Positions 10,186-20,572 of a DNA stretch of 64,000 bases are shown here, in pieces. Origin of the DNA: Candidatus Dormiibacterota bacterium. Its GTDB lineage: Bacteria > Chloroflexota > Dormibacteria > Aeolococcales > Aeolococcaceae. Within the stretch, counting starts at the first letter, position 1. Each line of letters starts with the position of its first letter. Below the pieces are notes generated by a model, which was not told where the DNA came from, ran no database searches, and saw nothing but the letters and a program-made list of their open reading frames with translations. Made by a program: the position numbers and the translations under genes. The DNA is taken from the NCBI GenBank assembly GCA_963718525.1, contig OY970355.1, positions 2,432,001 through 2,496,000 of the forward strand, given 5' to 3'.

Positions 10186-10816
10186 GGTCGTTGCTGCTCC
10201 CTGATTCGGCGCCGGCGTCTTCGACCGGAGTGGAGACGGTCATCTCAACCTCGTGCGTCGGATGCCGGTCATTCGTGTGCTGGTCGCCTTTCGCGTGCTT
10301 CTTGTTGAGCGGGCTCATGATCATGATCATGTTGCGGCCCTCGACGAGGGGGGTCCGCTCGATGATCGCCACCTCTTTCAGTTCGTCGGCCATCCGGTCG
10401 AGCAGCTTGCGCCCGTACTCCTGGTGCACCATCTCGCGGCCGCGAAACATGATGGTGAGCTTCACCTTGTCGCCGTCGTGGAGGAAGTGACGAACGGACC
10501 CGAACTTGGTCTGGAAGTCGTGCTCCGAGATCTTCGGACGCAGCTTCATCTCCTTGACGTTGATGGTGTTGTGCTCTTTGCGACTTTCCTTCTCCTTCTT
10601 CAGGGCTTCGAACTTGAAGCGCCCGTAGTCCATGAGACGGCACACAGGTGGTTGGGCCTGGGGAGCCACCTCGACCAGGTCCAGCTCGCGTTGGGCGGCG
10701 AGCTCTCGCGCTCGCTCGATGGTGACAATTCCCAACTGCTCGCCGGTGGTGTCGTCAAACAGACGAACGGTTGGGATGCGGATCTGGTCGTTGACCCTGA
10801 GCTCTCGGAATGCGAT
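10163..10816 (-). CDS. infC: Translation initiation factor IF-3, non-canonical ATC start
   Basis: AAGGAGG then ATC at 10816 in frame (IAFRELRVNDQIR...); DLVEVAP, PPVCRLMDYG, IMFRGRE. Confidence 0.95.
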   Translation of the reverse strand: MAFRELRVNDQIRIPTVRLFDDTTGEQLGIVTIERARELAAQRELDLVEVAPQAQPPVCRLMDYGRFKFEALKKEKESRKEHNTINVKEMKLRPKISEHDFQTKFGSVRHFLHDGDKVKLTIMFRGREMVHQEYGRKLLDRMADELKEVAIIERTPLVEGRNMIMIMSPLNKKHAKGDQHTNDRHPTHEVEMTVSTPVEDAGAESGSSNDHAEDTNP

Positions 10817-10839
10817 CGGCGCGGCCTCCTTGTGGATAT

Positions 10840-10945
10840 AAAAAACTGGACAGCGGTTCCGCTATCCAGGGTTCGGGTGCTGGACCTTCAAGGCAAGCCC
10901 GGAAGGTGAGGGCCGCACCTGGCGGTCCTGCTTTGCGGCGCCCAC
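10840..10945 (-). promoter_or_regulatory. L20 leader-like attenuator upstream of infC-rpmI-rplT
   Basis: minus strand AAGCAGGACCGCC...CTCACCT followed by hairpin CTGGATAGCGG-AA-CCGCTGTCCAG and a U tract before the RBS. Confidence 0.7.
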
Positions 10946-11003
10946 CATGGGCGTCGGCCGCTGAATATAGCACGCGCGCGGGAGGCCCAAACCTACGGTG
11001 ATC

Positions 11004-11528
11004 TCAAGGAGATCGCCGGGCGTGGACGAGCGCCTCGACCGCCCCTCGTCCGCCGAGGACGGGCGATGGCATGGTGCCCACGACCTGCCAGCCGGCCGCG
11101 ACGATGCCAGTCGACGCGCGCGCGATGGCAGCCCCGACGATCCCGGGGTCCGATGGCGCCGTGGCGAGCCGGAGCTCGAACATCGGCTTGACCAGGCCGA
11201 TCAGGTCCGCGTCCGCAGCGATGGTGATGCGGTCCAGCTGCGCGACGGCGGCGGCCAGCGCGAGATAGGAGACGTCGACGGTCAGGACCTCGATGGCCTC
11301 AGGTATGAGGCGGCTGTCGAGTGCGGCGACATTGGTGGCTTCAAGGTTCACCACGCGCGGATCCTGGCGGAGCGAGCCGAGGAGCTGCCCGAACCCGGCG
11401 TCCACCGCATACACGCGCGAGGCGCCCGCCTCGAGGAGGACTCGGGTGAAGCCACCGGCAGCCGCACCGAGGTCGAGGCAGGCTCGACCCGCAATCAGGA
11501 CACCGAAACCTGATAGCGCGGCGCGCAA
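11004..11528 (-). CDS. TlyA-like rRNA methyltransferase lacking the N-terminal S4 domain; start uncertain
   Basis: RGEAKL, LDLGAAAGGFT, VYAVDAGFGQL, DVSYL, LVKPMFE. Confidence 0.75.
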   Translation of the reverse strand: MRAALSGFGVLIAGRACLDLGAAAGGFTRVLLEAGASRVYAVDAGFGQLLGSLRQDPRVVNLEATNVAALDSRLIPEAIEVLTVDVSYLALAAAVAQLDRITIAADADLIGLVKPMFELRLATAPSDPGIVGAAIARASTGIVAAGWQVVGTMPSPVLGGRGAVEALVHARRSP

Positions 11529-11596
11529 CTTCGCCTCGCCGCGCAGCGGTGCATGGGCCGCACGCGGGCTCGGCGTGGGTCGCGGTCGGCCCCGTC

Positions 11597-13417
11597 TTAC
11601 TCGGGACGCCGCTCGGTCACCTCGGCGACGAGACGATCGACGAGTGCCCCGGCCGCGATGTCCTCCTGCAGGTTGCGGCGGACATCGCGAACGCGCACCA
11701 CGCCATCGCCGCGTTCGACGTCGCGTTTGCCGATGACCACGACGTAGGGAATGCGTTTGAGCTCCGCATCGCGGACACGCGCCTGCATGCGCTCGCCGTG
11801 GCGCTCGTCGACGGAAGCTCGGAGCCCGCGTGCGCGCATCTCCGCAGCGAGACCCCGGATGGACGCCATCACCTCCTCGCTGTCGTCCTGGACCGGGATG
11901 ATCGCGCACTGCACCGGCGCGAGCCAGAGCGGGAAGTGCCCCGCGTAATGCTCGAGGAGGATCCCGAAGAACCGCTCGATGGATCCGAAGAGCGCCCGGT
12001 GGATCATGATCGGCTGCTGCTCGGCACCGGTGTCGTCGATGAAATGCAGGTCGAAGCGCTGGGGAAACTGGAAGTCGACTTGAATCGTCGACATCTGCCA
12101 CGTGCGTCCGATCGCGTCCCGTGCCTGGACGGAGATCTTCGGGCCGTAGAACGCGCCGCCGCCCTCGTCCAGGACCAGCTCGAGATTGCGACCTTCGGCG
12201 GCGAGGCGCAGCGCGTTGGTCGCGACCTCCCACTCCTCCACGGTGCCGACAGCCTTGTGCTCGGGCCGCGTCGAGAGCTCCAGATAAAAGTCGGTGAGCC
12301 CGAAATCGCGAAGCAGGCCAAGGGTGAAATCGAGCAGCGAGATGAGCTCGTCCATCATCTGCTCGCGAGCGCAGAAGATATGCGCATCGTCCATCGTCAG
12401 GCCACGAACCCTGGTGAGCCCGTGGATCACCCCTGACTTCTCGTAGCGGTAGACGCTGCCGAATTCGAAGAGGCGCAAGGGCAACTCGCGGTACGAGCGC
12501 ATCCTGCTGCGATAGATGAGGATGTGCATCGGGCAGTTCATGGGCTTGAGGTAGTACTTCGTGCCCTCGTCGAGCTCCATGGGAGGGAACATGCCGTCGG
12601 CGAACCACTCGAGGTGACCGGAGACCTTGAACAGGTCCTCCTTGGTGATGTGCGGCGTGTTCACGAACGAATAGCCGCCCTCCTCATGGCGCTGGCGCGA
12701 GTAGTCCTCCATGAGCTTGCGAACCAGACCGCCGTTGGGGTGGAAGACAGGCAGCCCCGAGCCGATCTCATCCGGGAACGAGAACAGGTCGAGCTCGGCG
12801 CCCAGCCGGCGGTGATCGCGTTTGCGCGCCTCCTCGAGGCGGTGCAGGTACGCGTTGAGCTCATCCTCGGTGAACCACGCCGTCCCGTACACGCGCTGCA
12901 GCTGCTCGTTGCGCGCGTCGCCGCGCCAGTACACGCCGGCGATGCGAAGCACACGCACCGCCTTCAGCCAGCCGGTATCAGGCACGTGTGGTCCGCGGCA
13001 CAGGTCGACGAAGTCGCCGGTGCGGTAGATGCTGACTTTGGTGATGTCCTCGGGCAGCCGGTCGATGATGTCCACCTTGAAGTCCTGATGCAGCGTGGTG
13101 AACATTTCGATTGCCTGCGAGCGCGGGATCACCTCCTGTACGAACGGGATCTTCTTTTCTGCAAGCTCGCGCATTCGCAGCTCGAGCCGCGGCAGATCGT
13201 CGTCCACGAAGTGCTGTCCATCAGGCAGACGGAAGTTGTAGAAGAAGCCGTCTTCGATCGCGGGGCCCACGTCGTACTGGGCGCCGGGGAACAGCTCGAC
13301 CACTGCGGCTGCCATGAGATGGGCGGCGCTGTGGCGCAGCATCTGAAGAGTCGGCTCGGCCGGTGCTGGGAGTGGGGCGCCTGCCTCAGCGGCGTCGTCG
13401 ACGATCTCGTCTGGCAT
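11597..13417 (-). CDS. thrS: Threonyl-tRNA synthetase
   Basis: RHSAAHL, DLCRGPH, RDHRRLG, KPMNCP, IHRALFGSIERF. Confidence 0.98.
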   Translation of the reverse strand: MPDEIVDDAAEAGAPLPAPAEPTLQMLRHSAAHLMAAAVVELFPGAQYDVGPAIEDGFFYNFRLPDGQHFVDDDLPRLELRMRELAEKKIPFVQEVIPRSQAIEMFTTLHQDFKVDIIDRLPEDITKVSIYRTGDFVDLCRGPHVPDTGWLKAVRVLRIAGVYWRGDARNEQLQRVYGTAWFTEDELNAYLHRLEEARKRDHRRLGAELDLFSFPDEIGSGLPVFHPNGGLVRKLMEDYSRQRHEEGGYSFVNTPHITKEDLFKVSGHLEWFADGMFPPMELDEGTKYYLKPMNCPMHILIYRSRMRSYRELPLRLFEFGSVYRYEKSGVIHGLTRVRGLTMDDAHIFCAREQMMDELISLLDFTLGLLRDFGLTDFYLELSTRPEHKAVGTVEEWEVATNALRLAAEGRNLELVLDEGGGAFYGPKISVQARDAIGRTWQMSTIQVDFQFPQRFDLHFIDDTGAEQQPIMIHRALFGSIERFFGILLEHYAGHFPLWLAPVQCAIIPVQDDSEEVMASIRGLAAEMRARGLRASVDERHGERMQARVRDAELKRIPYVVVIGKRDVERGDGVVRVRDVRRNLQEDIAAGALVDRLVAEVTERRPE

Positions 13418-13472
13418 GGACGCCGATTCTACGCAGTCCGCGCTACTGCGCCCTCTGAGCCTGGAGCTCGAG

Positions 13473-13745
13473 TCAGCCGGTGAGGCGGGACATGCCCGCG
13501 GGGACGTCCTCGCGTGCCTGGCACAGCTCGTTCAACTGTGCCTCGGGATCGAACCCGAGCGATTGGAACTCGAACCGCAGCTGACGCAGCATGGGGATGG
13601 GACGTGACGACGCGCGGCGCGCTTGACTGCGCAGACGTTCATGCCGCGCAGGATCTATCGAACAGCATTTGATGCTGCAGTACTTCGCTGTCGGCTTGTG
13701 CACTGGCTCGCCACATCCAACCCGTGCACAGATTCGGCGCGGCAT
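13473..13745 (-). CDS. small Cys-rich hypothetical protein (putative zinc finger)
   Basis: CARVGC...YCSIKC pattern; fills the gap before thrS. Confidence 0.5.
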   Translation of the reverse strand: MPRRICARVGCGEPVHKPTAKYCSIKCCSIDPARHERLRSQARRASSRPIPMLRQLRFEFQSLGFDPEAQLNELCQAREDVPAGMSRLTG

Positions 13746-14070
13746 GCTGGCTCGCTGTGAATGCCTCGACACGCCCGCCTCCGATGTCACCGACGGAGTG
13801 TACGCCGCGGCCATGACCCCCTGTCAACCGTCATGTCGCCAACGGATTGCGCGCGCACTGCGACGCGTTTGATACGCGCTGGCCTGTGCACAATGTGGAC
13901 AACTGCGCACGTTGTTTGTGCAGTAAGGCACATGCCTGTGCGCAACTTCGCCCATCGCGGGTTTGTTCGCGCGGCACCCATGTGGCTCCTGAGATTGAGA
14001 GTCGAATCACAGGATGCGCTCAACCCCGTGTAACAGTCGCGTCACTCCTTGAAAAGCGAGATGAACCGCG

Positions 14071-14616
14071 CTAACGAGCCGCGCCCTCGACCACCGCGGA
14101 CGGCGCGCCCGAGAGTTCCCGATCGGGCTGGATTTCACGCAGCCGGCCGCTGGTGACGTCGTACACGAAGCCGCGAACGCTGTCACGGTGCGGGATGAAG
14201 GGGCTCGCCTTGATGCGCGCGATGGACTGGCGCACATCATCGTCGGCGTCTGGAAACGCTTCGAGCGCGAAGGGCGGACGGATTCCCGTGTCCTCCTTGA
14301 TCTGCGCCTTGACCACGTCGTCGGAGAAGGTCGCCATGCCGCAGTCGCTGTGGTGGATAAGGATGATCTCCGTAGTGCCGAGCAATCGCTGCGAGATCAC
14401 CAGCGAACGAATAGCGTCATCGGTGACCACACCACCCGCGTTGCGGATGATGTGTGCATCGCCGACCTCCAGGCCGAGGATCGCGCTGACGTGCAGGCGC
14501 GCATCCATGCACGCGACCACCGCGACGCCACGCGCGGGAGGCAGCGGTGTCGCACCCTTGTTGAAACCTGCTGCGTAACGCTCGTTGTTCTTGAGCAGCT
14601 CGTCGGTGACAGACAT
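14071..14616 (-). CDS. beta-class carbonic anhydrase
   Basis: VACMDAR, IRNAGG, IHHSDCGM zinc ligands. Confidence 0.95.
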   Translation of the reverse strand: MSVTDELLKNNERYAAGFNKGATPLPPARGVAVVACMDARLHVSAILGLEVGDAHIIRNAGGVVTDDAIRSLVISQRLLGTTEIILIHHSDCGMATFSDDVVKAQIKEDTGIRPPFALEAFPDADDDVRQSIARIKASPFIPHRDSVRGFVYDVTSGRLREIQPDRELSGAPSAVVEGAAR

Positions 14617-14947
14617 GACAGACCTCATGAAGAAAGAAGAAAGCTGATATCCGAATGTATGCGGCGCGCCGTTCCCACTCGCATACGCGAGCGTGGCGCG
14701 CGGAGTCGCCTGCTCAGCGACTACAGATGGCGGAACCGCAGCAGCCGTGGTCGAGCCACAGGCAACGCGTCAACCACACGGTTCCGGCACCCATGTCGGC
14801 CGACACTACCAAATCCCGACTCGTACGGTCAAGTTTATGCCCGCTCCTGCCTCGGGTCGCGACTCGACGGAGAACGGCGGCAAGCCCCAGAGTCGCACGG
14901 TGTCCGAGGAGCTCCCGCCGCATACTCGCGCCACACCGGATCCGCAG

Positions 14948-16205
14948 ATGGAATCCGTCCCACGAGGGTCCGCCGTACGGCGCCGGCTGACGTCGCTCGC
15001 GGTCGATGTCACGCCGCTTCGCGAGTCGAGAGAATTCCGTCTGCTCTTCATCGGGCAGGGCGTTTCGTTCGCTGGGAGCATGATCACGTACGTCGCGATC
15101 CCGTTCCAGACATATGAGCTCACGCGGTCGTCACTGGTTGTCGGCCTCGTCAGTCTCGCCGAGCTGGTGCCGATTCTCGTGATGTCGTTCATCGGCGGTG
15201 CCCTCGCCGACGCCGTCGACCGGCGGCGCATGGTGCGCATCACGCAGATCAGCGCGTGCGCGGTGGTCGGCGTGCTCGTAGTCAACGCTACGCTGCCCCA
15301 CCCGCAGCTCTGGGTGCTGTTCTTCGCTGTCGTTGCCGCCGCGGGAGTTGACGCACTTGAGCGACCCTCACTCGACGCTCTCGTCCCCCGCATCGTGCGC
15401 CATGACAAGCTGAGCGCCGCCGCCGCGCTCGAATCGCTACGCGGCAATCTCGGCCAGGTCCTCGGGCCGCCGCTGGCAGGTATCCTCATCGCGACGGTCG
15501 GCCTTCCCGCGACGTATGGCGTCGACGTGGGCACGTTTCTCGTTGCCACAGTTGCGCTGACGCTCATGCGGGCGGTGCCGCCGGCGCCCGATGCCGAGGG
15601 AGTGAGCCTTCGAGCGGCGCTGGCGGGTCTGCGCTACGCGGCAAGCCGCCAGGACCTCCTCGGCACGTATCTCGTCGACATCAACGCGATGTTCTTCGGC
15701 ATGCCTATGGCACTATTCCCGCAGATCGCGACGGGGTTCGGCGGCCCCGTGGTGCTCGGGCTCATGTACACGGCTCCGTCGGCGGGTTCGCTCCTCGCGA
15801 CGCTCACGAGTGGCTGGACCCGGACCGTCCGTCACCACGGACGCGCGATCGCATTCGCCGCCGCGAGTTGGGGGGCCGCGATCATCGTCTTCGGGATCGC
15901 GCCGGCGCTCTGGCTGGCGCTGCTCGCGCTTGCGGCCGCGGGAGCGGCCGACATGATCAGCGGATTGTTCCGCAGCACGCTGTGGAACCAGACGATCCCT
16001 GAACTCGATGCGCGGCCGGCTCGCCGGCATCGAGATGATCAGCTACACGTCGGGACCCGCGCTGGGTAACCTCGAGGCCGGCGTGGTGGGATCGCTTGCC
16101 GGGGTGCGCGCATCGGTGATCAGTGGCGGCATTCTGTGCGTGGTCGGAACAGCAGTGCTGAGCGCCGTGCTTCCGCAATTCTGGAAATATCGCTCTACCG
16201 AGTGA
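14948..16205 (+). pseudogene. MFS transporter (EntS/DHA3-like), frameshift near 16002
   Basis: multiple TM helices; frame switches at IP-GAACTCG-ATGCGC, and removing one A restores IPDSMRGRLAGIE. Confidence 0.8.
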
Positions 16206-17220
16206 GCACCGCATAGCAGATGAATCCTGCGTAGGCGACCAGGAGCAGCACCGCACCGCGCCGTGTGAGCCGCACGCCGAGCAGGATGAGCGCGAGTCCG
16301 CTCATGCCCAGGAGCCAGACGACGTAGCCTGGTGGCACCGACCCGCGCAGGGCCGGGAAGAACACGATGGGGAAGGCGATGCCGGCGATGAGATTCAGGG
16401 TGTTGCTGTTGAATGTCGCGCTCACAACCGCGGCTCCGTGCCCGTCGAGCGCAAGGCGAATCGCGGCATACGCGTTCGGCAGACTGGTCGCCGCCGCCAG
16501 CGCCACCACACCGACGAGAACACTGGGGGCACCCGAGCGCGTTCCCAGGGTCAGCGCACCCTGCACCATCAAGTCTGCACCGACGACGATCACCACCAAC
16601 GCCGGGAGCATGAGCAACACAGGCCACCAGTTGGTCGACCGCGTGACCGGAGCGAGGTCCTCCAGCTCAGCCTCGAGCTCCATACCCTCGATGCCCGCTT
16701 CACGGGATGCATCCACGAGCAGCGCGCTCAGACGCTCCGGGAGTGGAAGACGGGCGATCGTGACGGGGCGCAGGATCAGGAACGCGACATAGGGAACGAA
16801 GACCGCAACGGTCAGGGCGAGACCGACGGGCACGGGGAGAACGTCGAGTACCACCAACGCCATCGACAGGGTCACGAGAATCGCGATCGCGCCGTCGACC
16901 ATGAGGGCGGGGCGTGGGATCCGTACCTCGCCTGCTGCGAGCGCTGCGCCGCCGAGCAGCACGGCGATGTTGAAGATGTTGGAGCCGAACACGATGCCGG
17001 CGGCAGTCGCGGCAGAGCCGCCGGCCACGGCGGAGATGGATGAAGAGATTTCGGGCGAGTCGGCGGAGAGCGCCACGACCAAGCCGACGATGCCGCCGAG
17101 CAGCCCGAGGTTCCCCGCCAGACGCCCGACTCCTCGCACGAGGACTTCGCTCGCCGCTAACGTCACCATCAGTGCGATGAGCGAAATCCCGATGACCGCA
17201 CCAGTCTGCAAACTCTGCAC
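16195..17220 (-). CDS. sodium/calcium exchanger family antiporter
   Basis: alpha-repeats ADSPEI..GSNIFN and ATSLPN..NSNTLN. Confidence 0.85.
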   Translation of the reverse strand: MQSLQTGAVIGISLIALMVTLAASEVLVRGVGRLAGNLGLLGGIVGLVVALSADSPEISSSISAVAGGSAATAAGIVFGSNIFNIAVLLGGAALAAGEVRIPRPALMVDGAIAILVTLSMALVVLDVLPVPVGLALTVAVFVPYVAFLILRPVTIARLPLPERLSALLVDASREAGIEGMELEAELEDLAPVTRSTNWWPVLLMLPALVVIVVGADLMVQGALTLGTRSGAPSVLVGVVALAAATSLPNAYAAIRLALDGHGAAVVSATFNSNTLNLIAGIAFPIVFFPALRGSVPPGYVVWLLGMSGLALILLGVRLTRRGAVLLLVAYAGFICYAVLTR

Positions 17221-17265
17221 CGCGCACAGTGGAGCACGGTTGATGTGTCGCATGGAGGCGCTGGG

Positions 17266-18747
17266 GTGACGAGTGTCGTCCTCCGGCATGCGCGGCTCGC
17301 TCGCGACGCGCCTGCGCAGGATGTTCTGGTTGTCGCGGATCGGGTGAGCGCCGTGGGCACCGTCGGAGACGGATGTGGTGCTGATGAGGCCGTGGACCTC
17401 GATGGCCGGTTTCTCCTTCCGGGTTTGTGGGACCACCACGTGCACTTCGAGCAGTGGGCGCAGGTCCGCGCGCGTCTTGACCTCTCGGGCGCGGATTCCG
17501 CACGAGGTGCGGCGCACCTGCTCGCGGACCATGTCGCCCGTGACGAACGCGGTGACGGATCGCAAGTGGTCGGATATGGATTTCGCGGTGCGCTCTGGGC
17601 GGATGCTCCCCAGCGCGAGCTCCTCGATGAGGTGTGCCCTGACATCCCGGTGGCGCTGATCAGCGCCGACCTGCACAGCGTCTGGCTCAACACCGTCGCG
17701 CTTGGTCGTTTCGGCCATGCCGGCCATGCGACCGGGTTGTTGGTCGAGGAGGTCGCGATGCGCGTGATCGAGGAGCTCGGGCGCGTCGCTGATGACGTCG
17801 CCGACGTGTCGTGCCTCGCAGCGGCCCGTGCCGCGGCTGCGCGCGGCGTCGTCGGCATCGTTGACATGGAGAAGCCGTGGTCGCTCGCAGCGTGGCGGCG
17901 GCGGATCGGCGCCGGCAACCGATCCCTCCGCGTCGTCACCTCAGTGTGGCCGGAGCGATTTGACGAGGCCGTTGCGCAGCACCTCCGCACCGGTCAGGTC
18001 ATCGACGGCACGGGCGGGTTGCTCAGCGTCGGACCCTTGAAAGTCGTCACCGACGGTTCCCTGAACACGCGTACCGCCTACTGTGCCGAGGCCTACGCGG
18101 GGAACGATGTCGATGCCCGCGGCGTCCTGCTCGTCGCGGTCGTCGAGCTCTCGCGACTCATGCGGCGCGCGAAGGACGCCGGCTTCACCTGTGCCGTTCA
18201 CGCGATCGGGGACCGCGCAAACGCCCTGGCATTGCAGGCCTTTGCCGTGACCGGGGCTCGCGGGAGCATCGAGCATGCGCAGCTGCTTGATGATGCTGAT
18301 GTCGTCCGCTTTGCAGAGCTGGCTGTGATCGCGAGCGTGCAACCCGAGCATGCCCTCGATGACCGTGATGTCGCCGACCGCTACTGGTCCGGCCGTACCC
18401 GGCGCGCATTCCCGTTGCGCTCGCTGCTCGACGCAGGGACGGTGCTCGCCTTCGGGTCGGACGCGCCGGTGGCGCCGCTCGATCCCTGGCTGGCCATCGG
18501 CGCCGCTGTGCACCGCACTCGCGATGAGCGCCCTCGGTGGCATCCCGAACAGGAGATCACGGTCGACGAAGCGCTTGCCGCTTCGATGTCTCCAGGGCGG
18601 CGTGATGTGAGCATCAGCGTGGGCGACGTCGCGGACCTCGTCGTCATCGACCGCGATCCGTTCACTGCCGAACCCGGTGCGCTGCGAAGCATGCCGGTCG
18701 CGGCGACGATGCTCGCAGGCTCCTGGACTCACCGGGCTAGCGTCTGA
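17266..18747 (+). CDS. amidohydrolase 3 (YtcJ-like)
   Basis: LPGLWDHHVH, DGSLNTRTA, HAIGDRA, IEHAQ, FGSDAPV. Confidence 0.92.
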   Translation: MTSVVLRHARLARDAPAQDVLVVADRVSAVGTVGDGCGADEAVDLDGRFLLPGLWDHHVHFEQWAQVRARLDLSGADSARGAAHLLADHVARDERGDGSQVVGYGFRGALWADAPQRELLDEVCPDIPVALISADLHSVWLNTVALGRFGHAGHATGLLVEEVAMRVIEELGRVADDVADVSCLAAARAAAARGVVGIVDMEKPWSLAAWRRRIGAGNRSLRVVTSVWPERFDEAVAQHLRTGQVIDGTGGLLSVGPLKVVTDGSLNTRTAYCAEAYAGNDVDARGVLLVAVVELSRLMRRAKDAGFTCAVHAIGDRANALALQAFAVTGARGSIEHAQLLDDADVVRFAELAVIASVQPEHALDDRDVADRYWSGRTRRAFPLRSLLDAGTVLAFGSDAPVAPLDPWLAIGAAVHRTRDERPRWHPEQEITVDEALAASMSPGRRDVSISVGDVADLVVIDRDPFTAEPGALRSMPVAATMLAGSWTHRASV

Positions 18748-18781
18748 AGGAGGTCGCGCGACCAAGCCGCGGGTTCTCGCG

Positions 18782-19528
18782 TCAGCCGATACGGAGCCCC
18801 GCCATGCCGCCGTCGACCTCGAGCACGGCGCCCGTCGTTGACGCGGACAGAGGACTCGCCAGGTAGGCGATCGCGAACGCTACCTCCCCGGCGGTCACCA
18901 GCCGCCCCATTGGCTGGCGGGCCCGCAGTGCGTTTGCTGCCGCCTGCGCATCCGGCGCCTGCTCGAGCAGTCGCTGCACCCATGGCGTGTCCGCGGTGCC
19001 GGGGGTGACGGCGTTGACCCGGATACCCTGCTTGATATGGTCGGCGGCCATCGCCAGGGTCAACGCCTGGACTGCGCCCTTGCTCGCCGAGTAGAGCGCG
19101 CGCTGCGGGACTCCGACGTTGGCGAGCACCGAGCACGTGTTGACGATGGCCGCGTGGCTGGATCGGAGCAGGTACGGGAGCGCCGCGCGGGTGACCCGGG
19201 CGATGCCGATGACGTTGACACTCAGGACGCGATGCCATTCCTCGTCGTCGTTCTGGGTCACGTCGCCACTCGCGCCGATTCCGGCGTTGTTGACAAGAAT
19301 GTCGATCGACCCGAGCGAGCTTGCGACGGTCTCGATGGCCACACGTGCTGAGCCCGAATCGGCGACGTCGCACGGGACCTCGAGCACCTGTGCATTGGTG
19401 ACCGCCGAGTAGGAGCGATCAAGGGTCGCAACTGTCGCTCCCCGTTCGCGGAGCAGCGTTGCTGTGGCGGCGCCGATGCCGCTGGCGCCCCCCGTGACCG
19501 CCGCGACGAGGCCATCGAAATCATGCAT
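18782..19528 (-). CDS. SDR family oxidoreductase
   Basis: TGGASGIG, NNAG, YSASK. Confidence 0.93.
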   Translation of the reverse strand: MHDFDGLVAAVTGGASGIGAATATLLRERGATVATLDRSYSAVTNAQVLEVPCDVADSGSARVAIETVASSLGSIDILVNNAGIGASGDVTQNDDEEWHRVLSVNVIGIARVTRAALPYLLRSSHAAIVNTCSVLANVGVPQRALYSASKGAVQALTLAMAADHIKQGIRVNAVTPGTADTPWVQRLLEQAPDAQAAANALRARQPMGRLVTAGEVAFAIAYLASPLSASTTGAVLEVDGGMAGLRIG

Positions 19529-19534
19529 CTCGCT

Positions 19535-20572
19535 TCACCTCTCGGGTGATGTTCGGTTGGACCGACGAGGGTCGATGTGCAGCTTCGGTCCCTCGGAGGC
19601 ACCGGCGGGTCGCCATCCCGACAGGACGTCGCCGACGCGGTCGAGTCCCACCGTGGCGGCGACCAGCGTTCGGGGGTCGATCGAGCCGCGGGCGTAATGC
19701 TCGATGGTGCCGGCGAGGCCCTGCGAGGCGGCCAGAATTCCCACCGCGGTGACATCCTTCAGCACGACCGCGCGGGTGTCGATGCGGCTGGGCGTCCCCG
19801 CAAGCCCGAGGTAGACCACCCGTTTGCCGGGCTCGACCAGGTGGAGGGCGAGTGCCGGGAGCTCGGCCGCATTCGAGGCGTCGATCACGGCGTCCCACCG
19901 CAGCGCGGGAACCTCGTCCCGCTGCCAGACGCCGGCGAAACCCAGCCCGCGGGCGAACTCGAGGCTCGGGATGGATCGACCCATGAGGTGCACCTCGACG
20001 CCGGCGGCGCGGGCGAACTGCGCAGCGAGCAGCCCCATGGTCCCGGCGCCGAGCACCAGCACGCGGTCACCGGGTGCCAGCGACGCCGCCCGGACCGAAC
20101 GGAGTGCATTGCCACCGGGTTCGACCATCGCTCCTGCGCTGTCGTCGACGTTGGCGGGGAGCTCCAGCAGCGTGGAGACGGGTACGGCAAGCTGCTCCGC
20201 CAGCGCACCGGGGAAACCGCCGCGGATCCCGATCTCGGCTCTGTCCGCGCAGACGTTGTGGCGCCCGGACAGGCAGCGGTCGCACCGTCCACATCCGAGC
20301 ATCGTGTCTCCGGTGACCCGCCGTCCGAGCCAGGCTGCGTCGACTTCGGTTCCGAGCGCCGACACCACTCCGCACCACTCGTGCCCGAGTCGCAGCGGAT
20401 AGGCCGCATGGCCCTCGTGGAGGTAGGTCATCTCGCCGGTCCAGAACTCGACATCGGTGCCGCAGACACCAACCCGGTGGATGTCGACGATGACCTGCCC
20501 GGGTCCGGCGACGGGATCCGCGACCTCCTCAACCGCGCCCACGTGCGGCGCGCTGACCACGAAGGCCTTCAT
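19535..20572 (-). CDS. zinc-binding alcohol/sugar dehydrogenase
   Basis: GVCGTD, GHEW, CGRCDRC...C, GAGTMG. Confidence 0.93.
   Translation of the reverse strand: MKAFVVSAPHVGAVEEVADPVAGPGQVIVDIHRVGVCGTDVEFWTGEMTYLHEGHAAYPLRLGHEWCGVVSALGTEVDAAWLGRRVTGDTMLGCGRCDRCLSGRHNVCADRAEIGIRGGFPGALAEQLAVPVSTLLELPANVDDSAGAMVEPGGNALRSVRAASLAPGDRVLVLGAGTMGLLAAQFARAAGVEVHLMGRSIPSLEFARGLGFAGVWQRDEVPALRWDAVIDASNAAELPALALHLVEPGKRVVYLGLAGTPSRIDTRAVVLKDVTAVGILAASQGLAGTIEHYARGSIDPRTLVAATVGLDRVGDVLSGWRPAGASEGPKLHIDPRRSNRTSPER

Noticed and set aside
15995-16010. programmed frameshift in the MFS gene
   Set aside because: Single extra A with no slippery site; sequencing error or recent mutation is more likely. The same applies to the 34805 frameshift.
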